Assembly (NCBI GenBank): GCA_965205865.1 | Contig: CBDBHR010000026.1 | Span: 243,204-307,203 of the forward strand | From: a bacterium | GTDB lineage: Bacteria; SAR324; NAC60-12 | Length of the DNA: 64,000 bases | Reading direction: 5' to 3' | In this document: in pieces, positions 31,520-42,688 of the stretch | Numbering within the stretch: position 1 is the first letter of the stretch | Layout: the number at the start of each line of letters is the position of its first letter | Translations under genes and position numbers: made by a program | Notes under the pieces: generated by a model | Told to the model about the DNA's origin: nothing | The model's database searches: none | Seen by the model: the letters and a program-made list of their open reading frames with translations, nothing else

Positions 31520-32422
31520 TTATAATTTTTCAATCTCCTCCGGAGACAATCCGGAAATTTCACTGATCATTTTTAGATCAATCCCTTTTTGTTTCATTTC
31601 TCTTGCCATGTCAGCGATTCCTTTTTCGATTCCTTTTTCGATTCCTTTTTCGATTCCTTTTTCGATTCCTTCTTCTCTCCCCTCTGCTTTTGCTGTCTCG
31701 ATAATTCCTCGTTCCGAAACCAAATGCATAAGATACCTTTTATAACGTTTGCGTTCTTCAGAACCCATTTTCAAAAGGTCTAATTTTTTCCCGGCTTCAC
31801 GAATGTGCTTCGATTTAAATTCCGACTTGATGGATTCGTGTTTTAACATATAGATCCATTCATCTAAGTCCGCTTCGATCATATCCTGGAAGCTCTCCAC
31901 ACGGATCAAGTAGTATTCAGGAAAAAGGTTCTTTTTTGCTTGAAGATGAGTGAGATGATCAGGGCCTTTGACTTTCTCACGGATTGTTAAGAGATCATTG
32001 CTATGGATGCCACGAAATTCCGTCTTTCCATAATAAACATAATCCTTTCCCAAACCCAGGTTGAAGTAAAGAATACTGATGGAAATGACTTTTTTGATCT
32101 GATCGTAGGTCTCTCCGAGTGGCAGGTTTTCGACAATCACCTTCGAGGTTCCGAAGAGCAGTCTTTCCAAATAATCCGCTTCCTGCTGATTTTGAATTTC
32201 AATAATTAAATGACGGTCTTGAGAATCCTTCACCAGTAGGTCCACCCGATTGAACTTTTGTTGTTCCTCCGCGCTATTGCTCTCACTCTCTAAAAGGGAA
32301 ACCACGCGGATCTCTTCCTGGAGGAGAGCCGTCAGAAACCCTTCCAAAATATCAAAATTGGCTTTATCGCGTAGGACCGTTTTGATAGCCCAGTCAAAAC
32401 GGATGATTCGTTTCTCTGTCAT
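31520..32422 (-). CDS. Rpn family PD-(D/E)XK nuclease with GIEK (12-bp) tandem repeats
   Basis: RFDWAIK, RVDLLVKD, IIEIQ; repeats at 31617-31669. Confidence 0.88.
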   Translation of the reverse strand: MTEKRIIRFDWAIKTVLRDKANFDILEGFLTALLQEEIRVVSLLESESNSAEEQQKFNRVDLLVKDSQDRHLIIEIQNQQEADYLERLLFGTSKVIVENLPLGETYDQIKKVISISILYFNLGLGKDYVYYGKTEFRGIHSNDLLTIREKVKGPDHLTHLQAKKNLFPEYYLIRVESFQDMIEADLDEWIYMLKHESIKSEFKSKHIREAGKKLDLLKMGSEERKRYKRYLMHLVSERGIIETAKAEGREEGIEKGIEKGIEKGIEKGIADMAREMKQKGIDLKMISEISGLSPEEIEKL

Positions 32423-32933
32423 GGTTTTCGCTCCGATTGGTTGGACGTTGACATTTGAGTATAATCACCTCCTCTCGTTTTTACCAGTTCTTCATGTGAT
32501 TTCTCATTTTTTGAAAGGAAACCAATGAGGAAGCTGACCTCATTTTCTTCAGAAGAGGATAAAAAGAGAACCCTCTTTCATGAAGGGGACAGAAAAGAGG
32601 AAGAAAGGAAAGATTGGTCAGCCAAATTCAAATGGAACAAGACTTGCTGAAGCAGCCTGTTAGCCCTTTAGAAGAACTAAACCAGAAAGACGGTGGTGAA
32701 TTGCAAAATTTTCTCACTGAATTGAAATCTCAGTTAAATAACTAGTGCTTGACCGAAAAATACTCAAATTACTGATATTAAATGACAATTCTTCAATTTC
32801 ACAGGATGAAGATTGGTTTGATGCAGTGTTCAGATGGCCAAAATCAGCAAAAAATGGGATTTTTATGAGTTTTTCCAAAATCTTCGTTTCTAAAAATAGG
32901 TGAATACCATTAAATATCATGTAAAGTCTTTCA

Positions 32934-33694
32934 TTAATTATATCAAGATGATAAACTGATATTTGTGACGCGGATTTGAAAAAACCCGAGTGCGCGCCAC
33001 CTCGCATGAAGGGTCAATCGTTGCAGTTACAGTATCTTCGGACTGTTTTCTTTCGTTTTTCCGTAAATCTTCAAGATTTGAAATTTTACGCGCACCATAC
33101 GTGATCCCCGGATGAAGTTCGGCGAAGTCGACATTGCCGCCATTGAGTTGGATCTCAAATCTCGTGATGACATCCCCCCTATCCTTCGCGGTTTGCAATA
33201 CATATACGCCACGCCAGCATTACGCGCATCGGTATTCAAGGTTCCGGAACGGGTCATCCCCTCGCGAAGCGGTCCGGGCCTGAGCAACGAAGACAGGCAT
33301 CGCAAAGCGGACCCTCGTCTTGGTCATCCCGGGATGGAGCAGTGGAAGATTCTGGCGCTTGGCGTGCTGCGCCTGGGTCTCAACAGCGATTACGACCGCA
33401 TCCATGAGTTGGCTAACCATCACGACAGCATCCGGCAGATGCTCGGGCATGGAGGTCGGGAGGTTCTTTGCCGGGGAGGACAAAACGACGTACAACCGGC
33501 AGACGATCAAGGATAACCTGCGTCTTTTCACAGCTGAGATTCTCGATGAGATCAATCAGTTGGTTGTCAAGGCCGGACATGGGTTGGTAAAAAAAACGCC
33601 CCAAATGATTGGCCAACCCGAGTTCGGAGGGAGAAGAAGATTGAACTTCATGATTAAACCAGGGCGCTACGTGCTCGCTGCGACTTCTTTGTGA
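32934..33694 (+). mobile_element. Second, degenerate ISNCY copy (left end plus frameshifted 5' transposase)
   Basis: Reverse-complement match to ~2015-2761. Confidence 0.85.
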
Positions 33695-33799
33695 TGGAAG
33701 GACAATGGCGAATTTGGAAGTTCCGCCTGATCCACGGGGCTCTCGGCAGCCGACTGGCGCAAAATTTACCCTGATGTATAAGCCCGTCTTGGTGAAATA

Positions 33800-33946
33800 A
33801 AGGCACACACCCTGATGATCATTGCTGGCAGGCAAATCCCCGGAGCAAAAGCAGTTTTTTTTGAGGACGAGGGGCATCTCATCATTCCGGAGAACATCCC
33901 GAAGGTGGCCCGTGAGATGATCGGGTTTATTGACCAGATTCCCTGA
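33800..33946 (+). pseudogene. Alpha/beta hydrolase C-terminal scrap
   Basis: QIPGAK...FEDEGHLIIPENIPKVAREMIGFI. Confidence 0.4.
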
Positions 33947-34142
33947 GATTCAACTGCAAATAAAGGAGATTGAATAAAACCATTGACAACGGGGAAAGCC
34001 CTTCGGACAGAGAATATCGACCTGGCACAAAAAGGAGGAGTTGGAAATACGATTTGCCTCTGCTATGAATACTGACAGAGAGATTATGAAAAAAAGGGGA
34101 AAAGAGGTTTCCGTTACAAACACTACTGAGGAGTCGGGGTTT

Positions 34143-36482
34143 ATGAATTCAGCAGCCAAACAATTTTCCGCTCTTAGCGGAATTAACGTGGTTGAGGTTG
34201 CGGGGGGTGACGCGGGAGCGTACTGCGCGAAGCTCTTTGCCGACATGGGAGCTACGCTTTTGCGCATCGTCCCGGCAGAGGGCGATCCCATGGAAAGCGA
34301 ACTGATTCACCCAGATGAGAGATCGACGCGCGGACTGTACGCTGCTTATCTCAACGCAGGAAAGCAGGTGGTTCCTCCGAACGCGGTGGATCAAGTCGAT
34401 GTCCTGATCTATGGGGAGGCCGCGGATCGGAATGTTCAGATAAAGCCCCCGCGCTTCGCGACCCTGGATGTCAGTTGGTTTGGGGCGGACGGTCCGTATG
34501 CCGACTGGTCCGGCTCCGATTTGATCATTCAAGCGTTGGCAGGCCTCATTCATCCGCTTGGGCCTGTCGATGGTCCACCTGTGTTCATGGGCGATCATCA
34601 ATCCGCCTTGGTGGGCGGTGTTGCGGCGTATTGTGCGGGGTTGGCGGCGCTGGTTGGTGGCGGCGCCCATCAGCGGTACGAAATAAGCACTCTCGAAGCC
34701 GTCATAATTGTCGCCGAGATGCAAATGTGTCAATCTCAGTCGCGCGGCGAATCGCTACCCCGGGTGGGTGTTAATCGATTCGTGCCGACCTGTCCTCTGG
34801 GCATTCACCGATGCAAAGAGGGATGGATTGGCATAACACTGATAACGCCCGTGCAATGGCAGAACTTCTGCGCAATCTTGGACCTGCCTGACTTGGCCGC
34901 TGAACCGGAACTTAAGTACCCCCAGGGCCGGGTACTCGCCGTCGAACGCTTAGAGGCAGCGTTTGATAGCAGGTTTCCCCTTCGCACAGCGGATGAATGG
35001 GCAGCGCTTGGGCGGCGCGACAAAGTGCCAATGGTGGTTGTGCCAAACGCGCAAGGTATTTTGAAGCATCCGATTTTCAACCATCGCGTGTCACTGGCGG
35101 AATTTTCAGGGGACGCTGTCACTTACCGAGTGCCTAGAACGCCGTTTCGTTTAGTGGATACGCCGCCGCGCCTGGACCTTAATGGCGATACCGAGGAGCC
35201 GGCTGTCAACTCAAAAACGAAACTTGCCGAAGACAGCATGAGCCCATTGGCCGACGTTTGCGTCATCGATTTTTCCATGGGATGGGCAGGCCCGTTGGCG
35301 AGCAGAATGTTGGCTGACTTTGGCGCCGAAGTTATCAAGATCGAGGCGGGCAGATATCCGGACTGGTGGCGATTGGTTGACTGGTCGCCTGAGGCCATCG
35401 AACGGGGTCAATACGAAGAAAGCCTGCAATTTAGCGCACTCAATCGCGCCAAGAAGAGCGTCAGCCTGGACCTCACCACCGAGGAGGGCCAGCGGCTTGC
35501 AAAATCACTTGTCGCTCATGCCGACGTCGTTGTAGAGAACCACGCGGCAGGCGTGATGGACCGGCTTGGCTTGGGCTACGATGTGTTGAGCACTGGCCAT
35601 AGCGAGTTGGTGATGTTGTCTATGTCCGCATTTGGTGCGGGGAATGCCTGGTCCGATACCCGCGCTTACGGCTCGGTTTTGGACCAGGGTTCCGGCTTAC
35701 CGAGCTTCGTCGGCGAGGAAAATTGGCCGCCGACGATGGCGCACCTGGCATATGGCAATCCGATTGGCGGCATCTACGGCGCTGCGTCGTTACTCACTGC
35801 GATTTTTCACCAGCGCCGTTCGGGTAAAGGCCAGTGGATCAATAACTCTCCGATCGAGGCGATGTTGCCCTTTACAACGCCTGCACTGCTGACCAGGCAG
35901 GCGACTGGGCGCGAGCCGGTACGCTCAGGCAACCGGCATCCGGTGCTGGTCCCACACGGATGCTTTCAGTGCCGTGGGGAGAATCGATGGATTGCAGTCG
36001 CGGTGGCTGACGGGCAAAGCTGGAAGGCACTTGCCGATATTATCGAGCGTCAAGATTTGTGCGACGATGCCACGCTACTTGAGAGTCCGGCCCGCCATGC
36101 GCGGCAGGCCGAGTTGGAGAGCGCCATTGCGAATTGGACACGGGGAAAGGAGGCGCGCGAGGCCGCGTCCACCTTACAGGCCGCCGGCATCTTAGCCGCT
36201 CCGATTCACCATCTCGACGAAGTGGAAGCGGATCAGCACCTGCTTGCCAGGCGATTCTTCTATACCATTGAACGCCCGCACATAGGCCGGCAGATCCAAG
36301 GCGGATTGCCATTGACGGTCAACGGTGAACGATATCCGATGCGCGGACTGGCACCCTTGTTAGGCGGCAATTCCGCGGAAGTGCTGAAACGGCTCGCGGA
36401 TGTAGATGCGCAAGGCTTCGAATCGTTACTCAACCGGGGGATTGTGAGCCTGAAGCCGACCGAACTTCGAAAAGCTCGTTAG
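34143..36482 (+). CDS. Two-domain family III CoA-transferase (CaiB/BaiF-like)
   Basis: Two repeats: LSGINVVE...LNAGKQ and PLADVCVIDFS.GWAGP...LNRAKKSVSLDL. Confidence 0.9.
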   Translation: MNSAAKQFSALSGINVVEVAGGDAGAYCAKLFADMGATLLRIVPAEGDPMESELIHPDERSTRGLYAAYLNAGKQVVPPNAVDQVDVLIYGEAADRNVQIKPPRFATLDVSWFGADGPYADWSGSDLIIQALAGLIHPLGPVDGPPVFMGDHQSALVGGVAAYCAGLAALVGGGAHQRYEISTLEAVIIVAEMQMCQSQSRGESLPRVGVNRFVPTCPLGIHRCKEGWIGITLITPVQWQNFCAILDLPDLAAEPELKYPQGRVLAVERLEAAFDSRFPLRTADEWAALGRRDKVPMVVVPNAQGILKHPIFNHRVSLAEFSGDAVTYRVPRTPFRLVDTPPRLDLNGDTEEPAVNSKTKLAEDSMSPLADVCVIDFSMGWAGPLASRMLADFGAEVIKIEAGRYPDWWRLVDWSPEAIERGQYEESLQFSALNRAKKSVSLDLTTEEGQRLAKSLVAHADVVVENHAAGVMDRLGLGYDVLSTGHSELVMLSMSAFGAGNAWSDTRAYGSVLDQGSGLPSFVGEENWPPTMAHLAYGNPIGGIYGAASLLTAIFHQRRSGKGQWINNSPIEAMLPFTTPALLTRQATGREPVRSGNRHPVLVPHGCFQCRGENRWIAVAVADGQSWKALADIIERQDLCDDATLLESPARHARQAELESAIANWTRGKEAREAASTLQAAGILAAPIHHLDEVEADQHLLARRFFYTIERPHIGRQIQGGLPLTVNGERYPMRGLAPLLGGNSAEVLKRLADVDAQGFESLLNRGIVSLKPTELRKAR

Positions 36483-36611
36483 GCAGGGTGTCGTAAAATG
36501 GGGGAAATTCAACCTCTAAGAAATAGATCAAGGAATTTATAAATCACAATTCCCTCCAATTCACGACTGGTTAGTCTGCAGAATCTCTCATCAAATGTAT
36601 GGGTGTCACAT

Positions 36612-36872
36612 CTAATTTATCTTTTTTTGTTCTACCTGCCATAAATCATAAGCGACCTGATGTCCCATCCAGGATTCAGGACTGCTACCAAAAGCAAGGG
36701 AGAGTCGAAGGGCCATTTCAGGCATAATGCTTCCTTTTTTGTTAATAATTTTTGATAGAGTTTTGCGGCTCACTCCGATAGCCTTTGCTGCATGGGTGAT
36801 ACTAATTCCCATGGGATCAAGCCATAGACCTTTAATGATTTCTCCTGGATGAGGGGGGTTATGCATTTTCAT
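36612..36872 (-). CDS. higA: HigA antitoxin
   Basis: [26 protein letters not shown]. Confidence 0.9.
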   Translation of the reverse strand: MKMHNPPHPGEIIKGLWLDPMGISITHAAKAIGVSRKTLSKIINKKGSIMPEMALRLSLAFGSSPESWMGHQVAYDLWQVEQKKIN

Positions 36873-36882
36873 TTTACTCTCC

Positions 36883-37050
36883 TCAATGATAATCTTCGTA
36901 ATTCACAATCTCTGTATCTTCTTCTACAATACGAAACGTAATACGCCAATTTGCTTGAACTGTTACAGCCCAAATTCCTTTCCTATCTCCTTTTAATTGA
37001 TGTAATCTTAGGGTAGGGATTTCCATGTCATGAATAGATCGCGCCCAGTT
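36883..37050 (-). pseudogene. higB: HigB toxin, 5' end lost
   Basis: LHQLKGDRKGIWAVTVQANWRITF...VNYEDYH. Confidence 0.85.
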
Positions 37051-37155
37051 GAACAGATGACCGCAGAGGGGCATTCCGGTTGACCCCTTTATTATGCATG
37101 CGTTTTAGGCGTTCCGCCATGACCTGATGAGCTTTCTCCGCATGTCATCTCCATC

Positions 37156-37296
37156 AATCGGCGGCATTTCCGGATTCTTTGGCGGCAAACCGGACCTGGC
37201 TGCGCAACGTTTTGTCGATGCCTGGATGGCTTTCCCGGGACTGCTCGTGTTGCCAACCATCATGTCCATCGTAGGGAAGGGTTTGCAACAGATTTA
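37156..37296 (+). pseudogene. dppC internal scrap
   Basis: IGGISGFFGGKPDLAAQRFVDAWMAFPGL. Confidence 0.8.
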
Positions 37297-37363
37297 GCTG
37301 GGATCGGAATCTTTATCCTGGAGGAGAACACGTAGCCGTTCGACTTCCGCAAGAGCTTTTTTT

Positions 37364-37480
37364 TCTCTTTGCAAGGCGATTTCTTTTTCTTGTCTCTCTT
37401 TTTCTTCTCTTTGCAAGGCGATTTCTTTTTCTTGTTGCTCTTTTTCTTCTCTTTGCAAGGCTTTTTTCTTTTTCTTGTCG
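37364..37480 (-). repeat. Three 39-bp tandem units encoding coiled coil (QEKEIALQREEKE), gene-tail remnant
   Basis: TCTCTTTGCAAGGC recurs with 39-bp period. Confidence 0.7.
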
Positions 37481-37788
37481 CTCTAGTTGGAAGCTTTTCA
37501 GGAGGAACGGTTGGTAGAGGGGATCCTCTTTTCTAGAGAATAACACATTGGGAGGAGGACAGCAATTTCCATTTTGGAATTCAGCATTGATCTGTCGTTT
37601 CAACATGACTTTCTCCCCAAAAGGAAAGGGCTCCTGCGGAAGGTCCTTATTTATACCAAAGTTTCTCCTATTAGACTTCCTCAAGTCTATCAAATATTTC
37701 ATTGAGCAAACCCGATCTTACCTCTTGACAAACTTTTCTCTTTCACATTATAAAACCATTCACTGTTTTTCAAACAGATAAGGAGTGT

Positions 37789-38200
37789 CATGGCCAAATC
37801 GGAAAAACCTGCAAACCCTAAAACGAAAAGGGACGCCTCATAATGATTTTTTTATTCAGCAGTGGAGTGATTTAAAAGTCGCTCAGGCTTTTTTTAAAGA
37901 GTATTTGCCCGCTTCCATTCAAGTAATCATGGACTGGTCTCAATTACGTCTGGCACCAGGCGATTTTGTGCAAAAAGCGTTGAAGAATCGTAAAAGTGAC
38001 CTACTTTATGAAACTCGTTTTGAAGGAAGCGAGGGCCAGGAAATCAAGGGATTCTTCTTGATTCATTTCGAGCATCAAAAGGACCGGATGCCAACATGTG
38101 CTATCGGTATTTTAGTTATTTAGTGGGGATTTATGAGCAATACTTGAAGCAATTTCCTAAAGAAGGACTCCCGATTGTTTTTCCGATAACACTTTTTCGG
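37789..38200 (+). pseudogene. Rpn/YhgA-like transposase N-terminal fragment
   Basis: TPHNDFF, SDLLY, IHFEHQ; frameshifted. Confidence 0.8.
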
Positions 38201-38465
38201 TACTGTGCGACAAAGTTATGGAAATTGACTCTATTGTAAGGTATTACTTCTTCTTTCCGATATGAGGCAGTCCCCCTGTTGAGTGTTGTTGCGGTTTTGG
38301 TTATTCTTGAGGGTTGTGTTCACCCTATTTCTGAGAGTATCCAATGCGAAGACTGGCCCAAGTGGGAGACTTTTGTCCCAACTCATCTTGCTCCAACCAC
38401 AATCAATGCGCAGAGAAAGGTTGCCCTGGCATAATCATCAAGCACGGCAAGACCTGATCGGCTCG

Positions 38466-39698
38466 TCAATGGTTCCGCTGCAGGGTCTGCGGCTCAAGCT
38501 TCATGGATTCATCGACCTGATTCGACAGAGTGACATTCCTTTGAGGAGCATGACGCCGGATGATTACCTTAAAACAAACGCCTTCTCGATCATCAATGAA
38601 TTCAATGTCAGGCCAATCCGTTAACGCCCGTTTGATCCCGGTCCCTAAACCTCGATAGGGAAGGAGATTCTTGGCAATAAAAGAAGCCAGAATCGGATTA
38701 CGGATATTGGAATTGCCTGCGAGAATTTGAGGCACGGTTAAATGATTGGGAAGATGCCCTGGGCTGATAATTTCGATACGGTTGCGCAAAATAAAGAGAC
38801 GAACGGGAGCATTGATAAAGTAATCCCGGTGAATCAATGCATTGACCAGTATTTCTTCAAAGACCTCCCTTGGAATTTCAGGAGTGCCCCTCGTATTGAT
38901 CCCTTGATTGCTTTGGATTTTGTGTAAATTTCTTAAAACGAATCCCATCGCTCCTTCAAATTGTTTCGGCAACGGGCCTTCAAAATCCTCACTATCCAGA
39001 TAATCCTTTTGCGAGATAGCGATTCCTGGGTAACAAACCGCCTTGATAGAAAAAGTGGGTTTGAATATTTGAGGTTTTTCTGCAAAGAGCAACAAACCTG
39101 CTAAATTGAACAATCCCTTTTGAGCAAGATTCATATTGGACAACATTTGTTCTAATTCAAAAGTATTGTCGGGAAATTCCAGGTCATAATAGGCTTTTAT
39201 AAAATCTCTGAAACGCAACCGATCAATATGAGTAACGTCCACCCGGGTCGGGACTTCATCGGCATAGATCGCATCAACCGTCTGAAATAACCTGCGCAGT
39301 TCTTCTTTGGAATTAACCCGTCGCTTATCAGATCCGGTTTTCAGCCAAATGATGCCATTTTTATCAAAGTAAGGTTTATCAATGCCCTTTGCAATTTTTA
39401 AAACAATGACGATTCGTCCCTCTGGGAGAGCAACGTTCTCGGTCATCACGGCAATGGGGCTTCTTACATGTTGACTGGCCGTATTACTGATTAATTGATT
39501 GATTTTTCCTAACGCTTCCCTCGCCACTCCAACTAAGAAATGATCATCAGCAATCCCAATCAAAATGGTTCCTCCCTCACTATTGGAAAAAGCTACCATT
39601 TCTGCAGCCAGGGCATCCGGATTGTGGATGGTTTCTTTAAATTGATGTTGACTGTCCTCACCACGATGGACAAGGGTTTTTAGTCCGTTTAGGTCCAT
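38466..39698 (-). CDS. AlbA_2 (Schlafen-like) plus HATPase_c_4/RecG_C-like protein
   Basis: GEDSQHQFKE, VAFSNSEGGTILIGI, EILVNALIHRDY, GLGTGI. Confidence 0.88.
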   Translation of the reverse strand: MDLNGLKTLVHRGEDSQHQFKETIHNPDALAAEMVAFSNSEGGTILIGIADDHFLVGVAREALGKINQLISNTASQHVRSPIAVMTENVALPEGRIVIVLKIAKGIDKPYFDKNGIIWLKTGSDKRRVNSKEELRRLFQTVDAIYADEVPTRVDVTHIDRLRFRDFIKAYYDLEFPDNTFELEQMLSNMNLAQKGLFNLAGLLLFAEKPQIFKPTFSIKAVCYPGIAISQKDYLDSEDFEGPLPKQFEGAMGFVLRNLHKIQSNQGINTRGTPEIPREVFEEILVNALIHRDYFINAPVRLFILRNRIEIISPGHLPNHLTVPQILAGNSNIRNPILASFIAKNLLPYRGLGTGIKRALTDWPDIEFIDDREGVCFKVIIRRHAPQRNVTLSNQVDESMKLEPQTLQRNH

Positions 39699-39969
39699 TT
39701 TCCGTCGTTTAAAGAAGCATTAAATGCATCTTTATAGCACAAATGCCGCTAGAAATACAGTTTTAAATGCATTTATTGCATCTTTATAATTAGGGAACCA
39801 TCGTCGAGCAGCTGCAGTTCTCTCGCTTTCGTCATCTTGGCGTATGAGCGACAAGAGAAAGTCGCACCGCCATTTCAGGCATCACACTGCCAATTATCAT
39901 CGGCCAGGGTAACCTCAATGTCGGCAATTCGCAACCGATAGCTTACCTGAGAGGTCATCCGGTAAGCCG

Positions 39970-40712
39970 GTGACGTTAAGGATTGGCGAAAGGCCATGTT
40001 CATGGCACTGGACCTCGAAACCATTAACAATACCTACTACAAGGGTTGTGGAGATACAACGCCCAGGGGACAATCGGGGAAGGCCGGTTCCTACATCCCG
40101 CTTAGCGAGTGGCCTCAGGAGGTTAAGGATACCTATAGCTATAACCCTGAGGGGGGCCGAGAAGCTGCTTGATGAAGCTGGCTATCCTCGTGGGGCGGGA
40201 CCTCCTGAGCCGCCGATCTATGGGGCTCGAATTTAAATAATTGTCGGTCTGGCAACGACGACCATCAATGTGGTGATCGCTGTCTTCATCGGCGGCATTT
40301 CCGGATTTATGGGTGGAAAATTAGACCTGGCGGCGCAACGCTTTGTCGATGCCTGGATGGCGTTCCCGGGACTGCTGCTCTTGTTAACCATCATGTCCCT
40401 CGTGGGCCAGGGGCTCCTCCAGATCATCGTGGTCCTGGGGATGTCCGGCGGCAATGTCGGTTCCAGAGTCGTCCGAGGCGCCGTGGTGGGCATTAAAGAG
40501 AATGACTATTTTCTGGCCGCCAGGGCTGTGGGCACCCCCACCAGCCTAATCCTGATCCGCTATGTCCTGCCCAATATCATGGCGCCGCTCATCATCGTCT
40601 TCTCCATCAACATCGGCGGGGTCATCATTGCCGAGGCATCGTTGAGTTTTCTCGGATTCGGACTGCCCCCCGAGATTCCCAGCTGGGGCAGCATGCTCAG
40701 CGGAGAAGGGCA
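39970..40712 (+). pseudogene. SBP internal fragment fused to dppC fragment
   Basis: RKAMFMALDLETINN...EKLLDEAGYPRGA joined at GGGCGGGAC to DLLS..IYGAR. Confidence 0.8.
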
Positions 40713-40947
40713 CAGCGAGAAACTCGCTCACCCCTTCTCCATTCTCTATTGCGCTGAAACTCACCCCGTCTATGCCGGGAGAGCCTTGATTGGCAAAGCT
40801 CTCCCGGTGAATTCCGTTGTCTGCTCGGGAGATAGCAGCTTTCCCCCTTCTGACCACAGGGTCGGCGCTTTCGGCTTGAGTTTCGAGGCTACCTCCAGGT
40901 TCATTTTCGTTACGGCCCGTTGTTTTGCCTGAAGGAACTCACAACCC
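40712..40947 (-). mobile_element. Group II intron remnant: domain I piece joined to RT domain-0 scrap
   Basis: GCGCCGACCCTGTGGTCAGAAGGGGGAAAGC resembles 43261-43290; ANQGSPGIDGVSF. Confidence 0.65.
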
Positions 40948-41214
40948 GGAATTACTCCCACCTTGCTGATAGGTTATTGGTTGCTCTTTATTTATCAGCA
41001 AAAAGTGATGGCCTTGGCAATTCAATTATTCAACTCCTGATTCACATATTATTGTCTGCAACTCAAGGGTTGCTTGATCGAATCATGCAAAAAAACATTT
41101 AGGAAGTCTGGCCTGAAATTAAAAAGAATGATATACATTACCCTATGTTTATGACTATAGTAATTAAAATTCCACTATAGTCAAAAATTCATAGTCAATT
41201 TGAAAGGAAAAGAA

Positions 41215-41439
41215 ATGAAAACGATTCCTGCAGGCCAATTCAAGACCCATTGTTTGTCTTTGCTCGATCAAGTGGCCATCACACGGGAACCGCTCATCGT
41301 GACAAAACGGGGAAAACCAGTAGCCCAGTTACTTCCTGTCTCACAGGAAGCCTCCGAATCTCACAATCCGTTAAAAAACAGTATCGTCTTTGAAAAGGAC
41401 CTTCTCTCTCCCATTGAAGTCCAATGGGAGAATGAATGA
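41215..41439 (+). CDS. Phd/YefM antitoxin; TGACTATAG/CTATAGTCA inverted repeat upstream
   Basis: IPAGQFKTHCLSLLDQV, VTKRGKPVA. Confidence 0.88.
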   Translation: MKTIPAGQFKTHCLSLLDQVAITREPLIVTKRGKPVAQLLPVSQEASESHNPLKNSIVFEKDLLSPIEVQWENE

Positions 41440-41549
41440 TAGTGATCTTGGATACCCATACTTGGATTTGGTGGGTCAACGAATCCAATTCCTTATCAAA
41501 AAAAGCACAAAAGCATATTGACGTGGCGGAACTCCTGGGAGTGAGAAAT
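41436..41549 (+). pseudogene. vapC: VapC toxin 5' fragment, cut by repeat at 41550
   Basis: MIVILDTHTWIWWV. Confidence 0.8.
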
Positions 41550-42089
41550 GGGGTCAGGCCTTTGATTATTTCATTTGACGTTTCATTCTTCAAATAAACT
41601 ATCCCGGAGCAAGCTCTCTCGTTGAGGCTCGACTTTCGCTTCGCTCAAGCGGAGTATTTTGTCGGATTTTCTGATTCTCGCACTATCCAGGCAATAACCG
41701 ACCTTGCTTCAGAGGGTTCCCTCTATTTCCCCTTGGCAATTCTCCAAAATAAAATCAATATATTTTTGAACTTTCGAGAGCATAAAATCCTTTCTGTATT
41801 TTATGCAACGCAAAATCCGTGCTTAAATCGAAGGGCTCTCTGAAGAGACCTGAATAGTTACTGACAAGGTTATGATAGAGCGATCCGTTTTCTCAATTGG
41901 GGGTTATTTCCCTCTTCAATGAAGCCACCTTCGGGCAACCACCAGGGTGCCCCTACTCATGATGAATAAAATGGTAGGGATGCCCCTTGTGGGTACCCGA
42001 AAAACGATACTGACATCTATCATAACTTCGTCATACCGTACCGTCTTTTTAGAAGTGCCCAGATAAACCAATAGTAAAGGCCTGACCCC
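41550..42089. repeat. Nested repeat cluster bounded by GGGGTCAGGCCTTT / AAAGGCCTGACCCC
   Basis: Inverted ends; internal CTGAATAGTTAC end-like motif and an inverted GTAGGG-type REP pair. Confidence 0.7.
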
Positions 42090-42190
42090 GTTACTTTCAG
42101 AGAGAACTACTGAAGCCAGAGATCTTGCCCAGCCCTCAAGAAGCAGTTTGGAAGAGAAACCGTGAAAGGCGCGGAAGGGTGCAAAAAATT

Positions 42191-42637
42191 TTACTCTTTT
42201 AGCATGTACTCCTCTTCAAAAACTTCAGTTCCAGATAATTCTTCAATTTGAGGAAGAACCCCTGTTTCTTGATGAGCCAATCTTTTTGCGGTTTGGAAAC
42301 ATTTGTTCCACAGTTCTGAAATATTTTGTTTCTGACTCGTTTCTTCCTCTAAGATTTCCTCGATTTCGACTCTGGTATTTTCGATGGTGACTGACCAACT
42401 TCTAGAACGTTGGTTGGGTTGAATCTTCCACTTGATAATATGCATCATTAAACGGGTGAGTTGACTTCTTAAAGCTCGTCTTTCCGATCGTCCCAATGCT
42501 TCTATTAACTCCTCTATTCCCGTGGTTGCCTCATCCACATGTCCTGCCATCAGTTCCCTTTTGATTGCCTCTGCCGTCTGAAAGTGAGAGGTTGATGCTA
42601 ATTCTTGCCATTTCATGTTTCCTCGAATCATCGTCAA
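42191..42637 (-). CDS. DUF29 family protein
   Basis: LIEALGRSERRALRSQL..LMMHIIKW..QP..RSRSW. Confidence 0.8.
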   Translation of the reverse strand: MTMIRGNMKWQELASTSHFQTAEAIKRELMAGHVDEATTGIEELIEALGRSERRALRSQLTRLMMHIIKWKIQPNQRSRSWSVTIENTRVEIEEILEEETSQKQNISELWNKCFQTAKRLAHQETGVLPQIEELSGTEVFEEEYMLKE

Positions 42638-42688
42638 ACAATTTCGTCAATTTCTTTTTTGTTTCCATGCTTTTGTGACTTCAGATAA

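Noticed and set aside
31617-31669. 12-bp repeats (and 39-bp repeats at 37364-37480) as regulatory arrays
   Set aside because: They encode ordinary low-complexity protein tails (GIEK; coiled coil).
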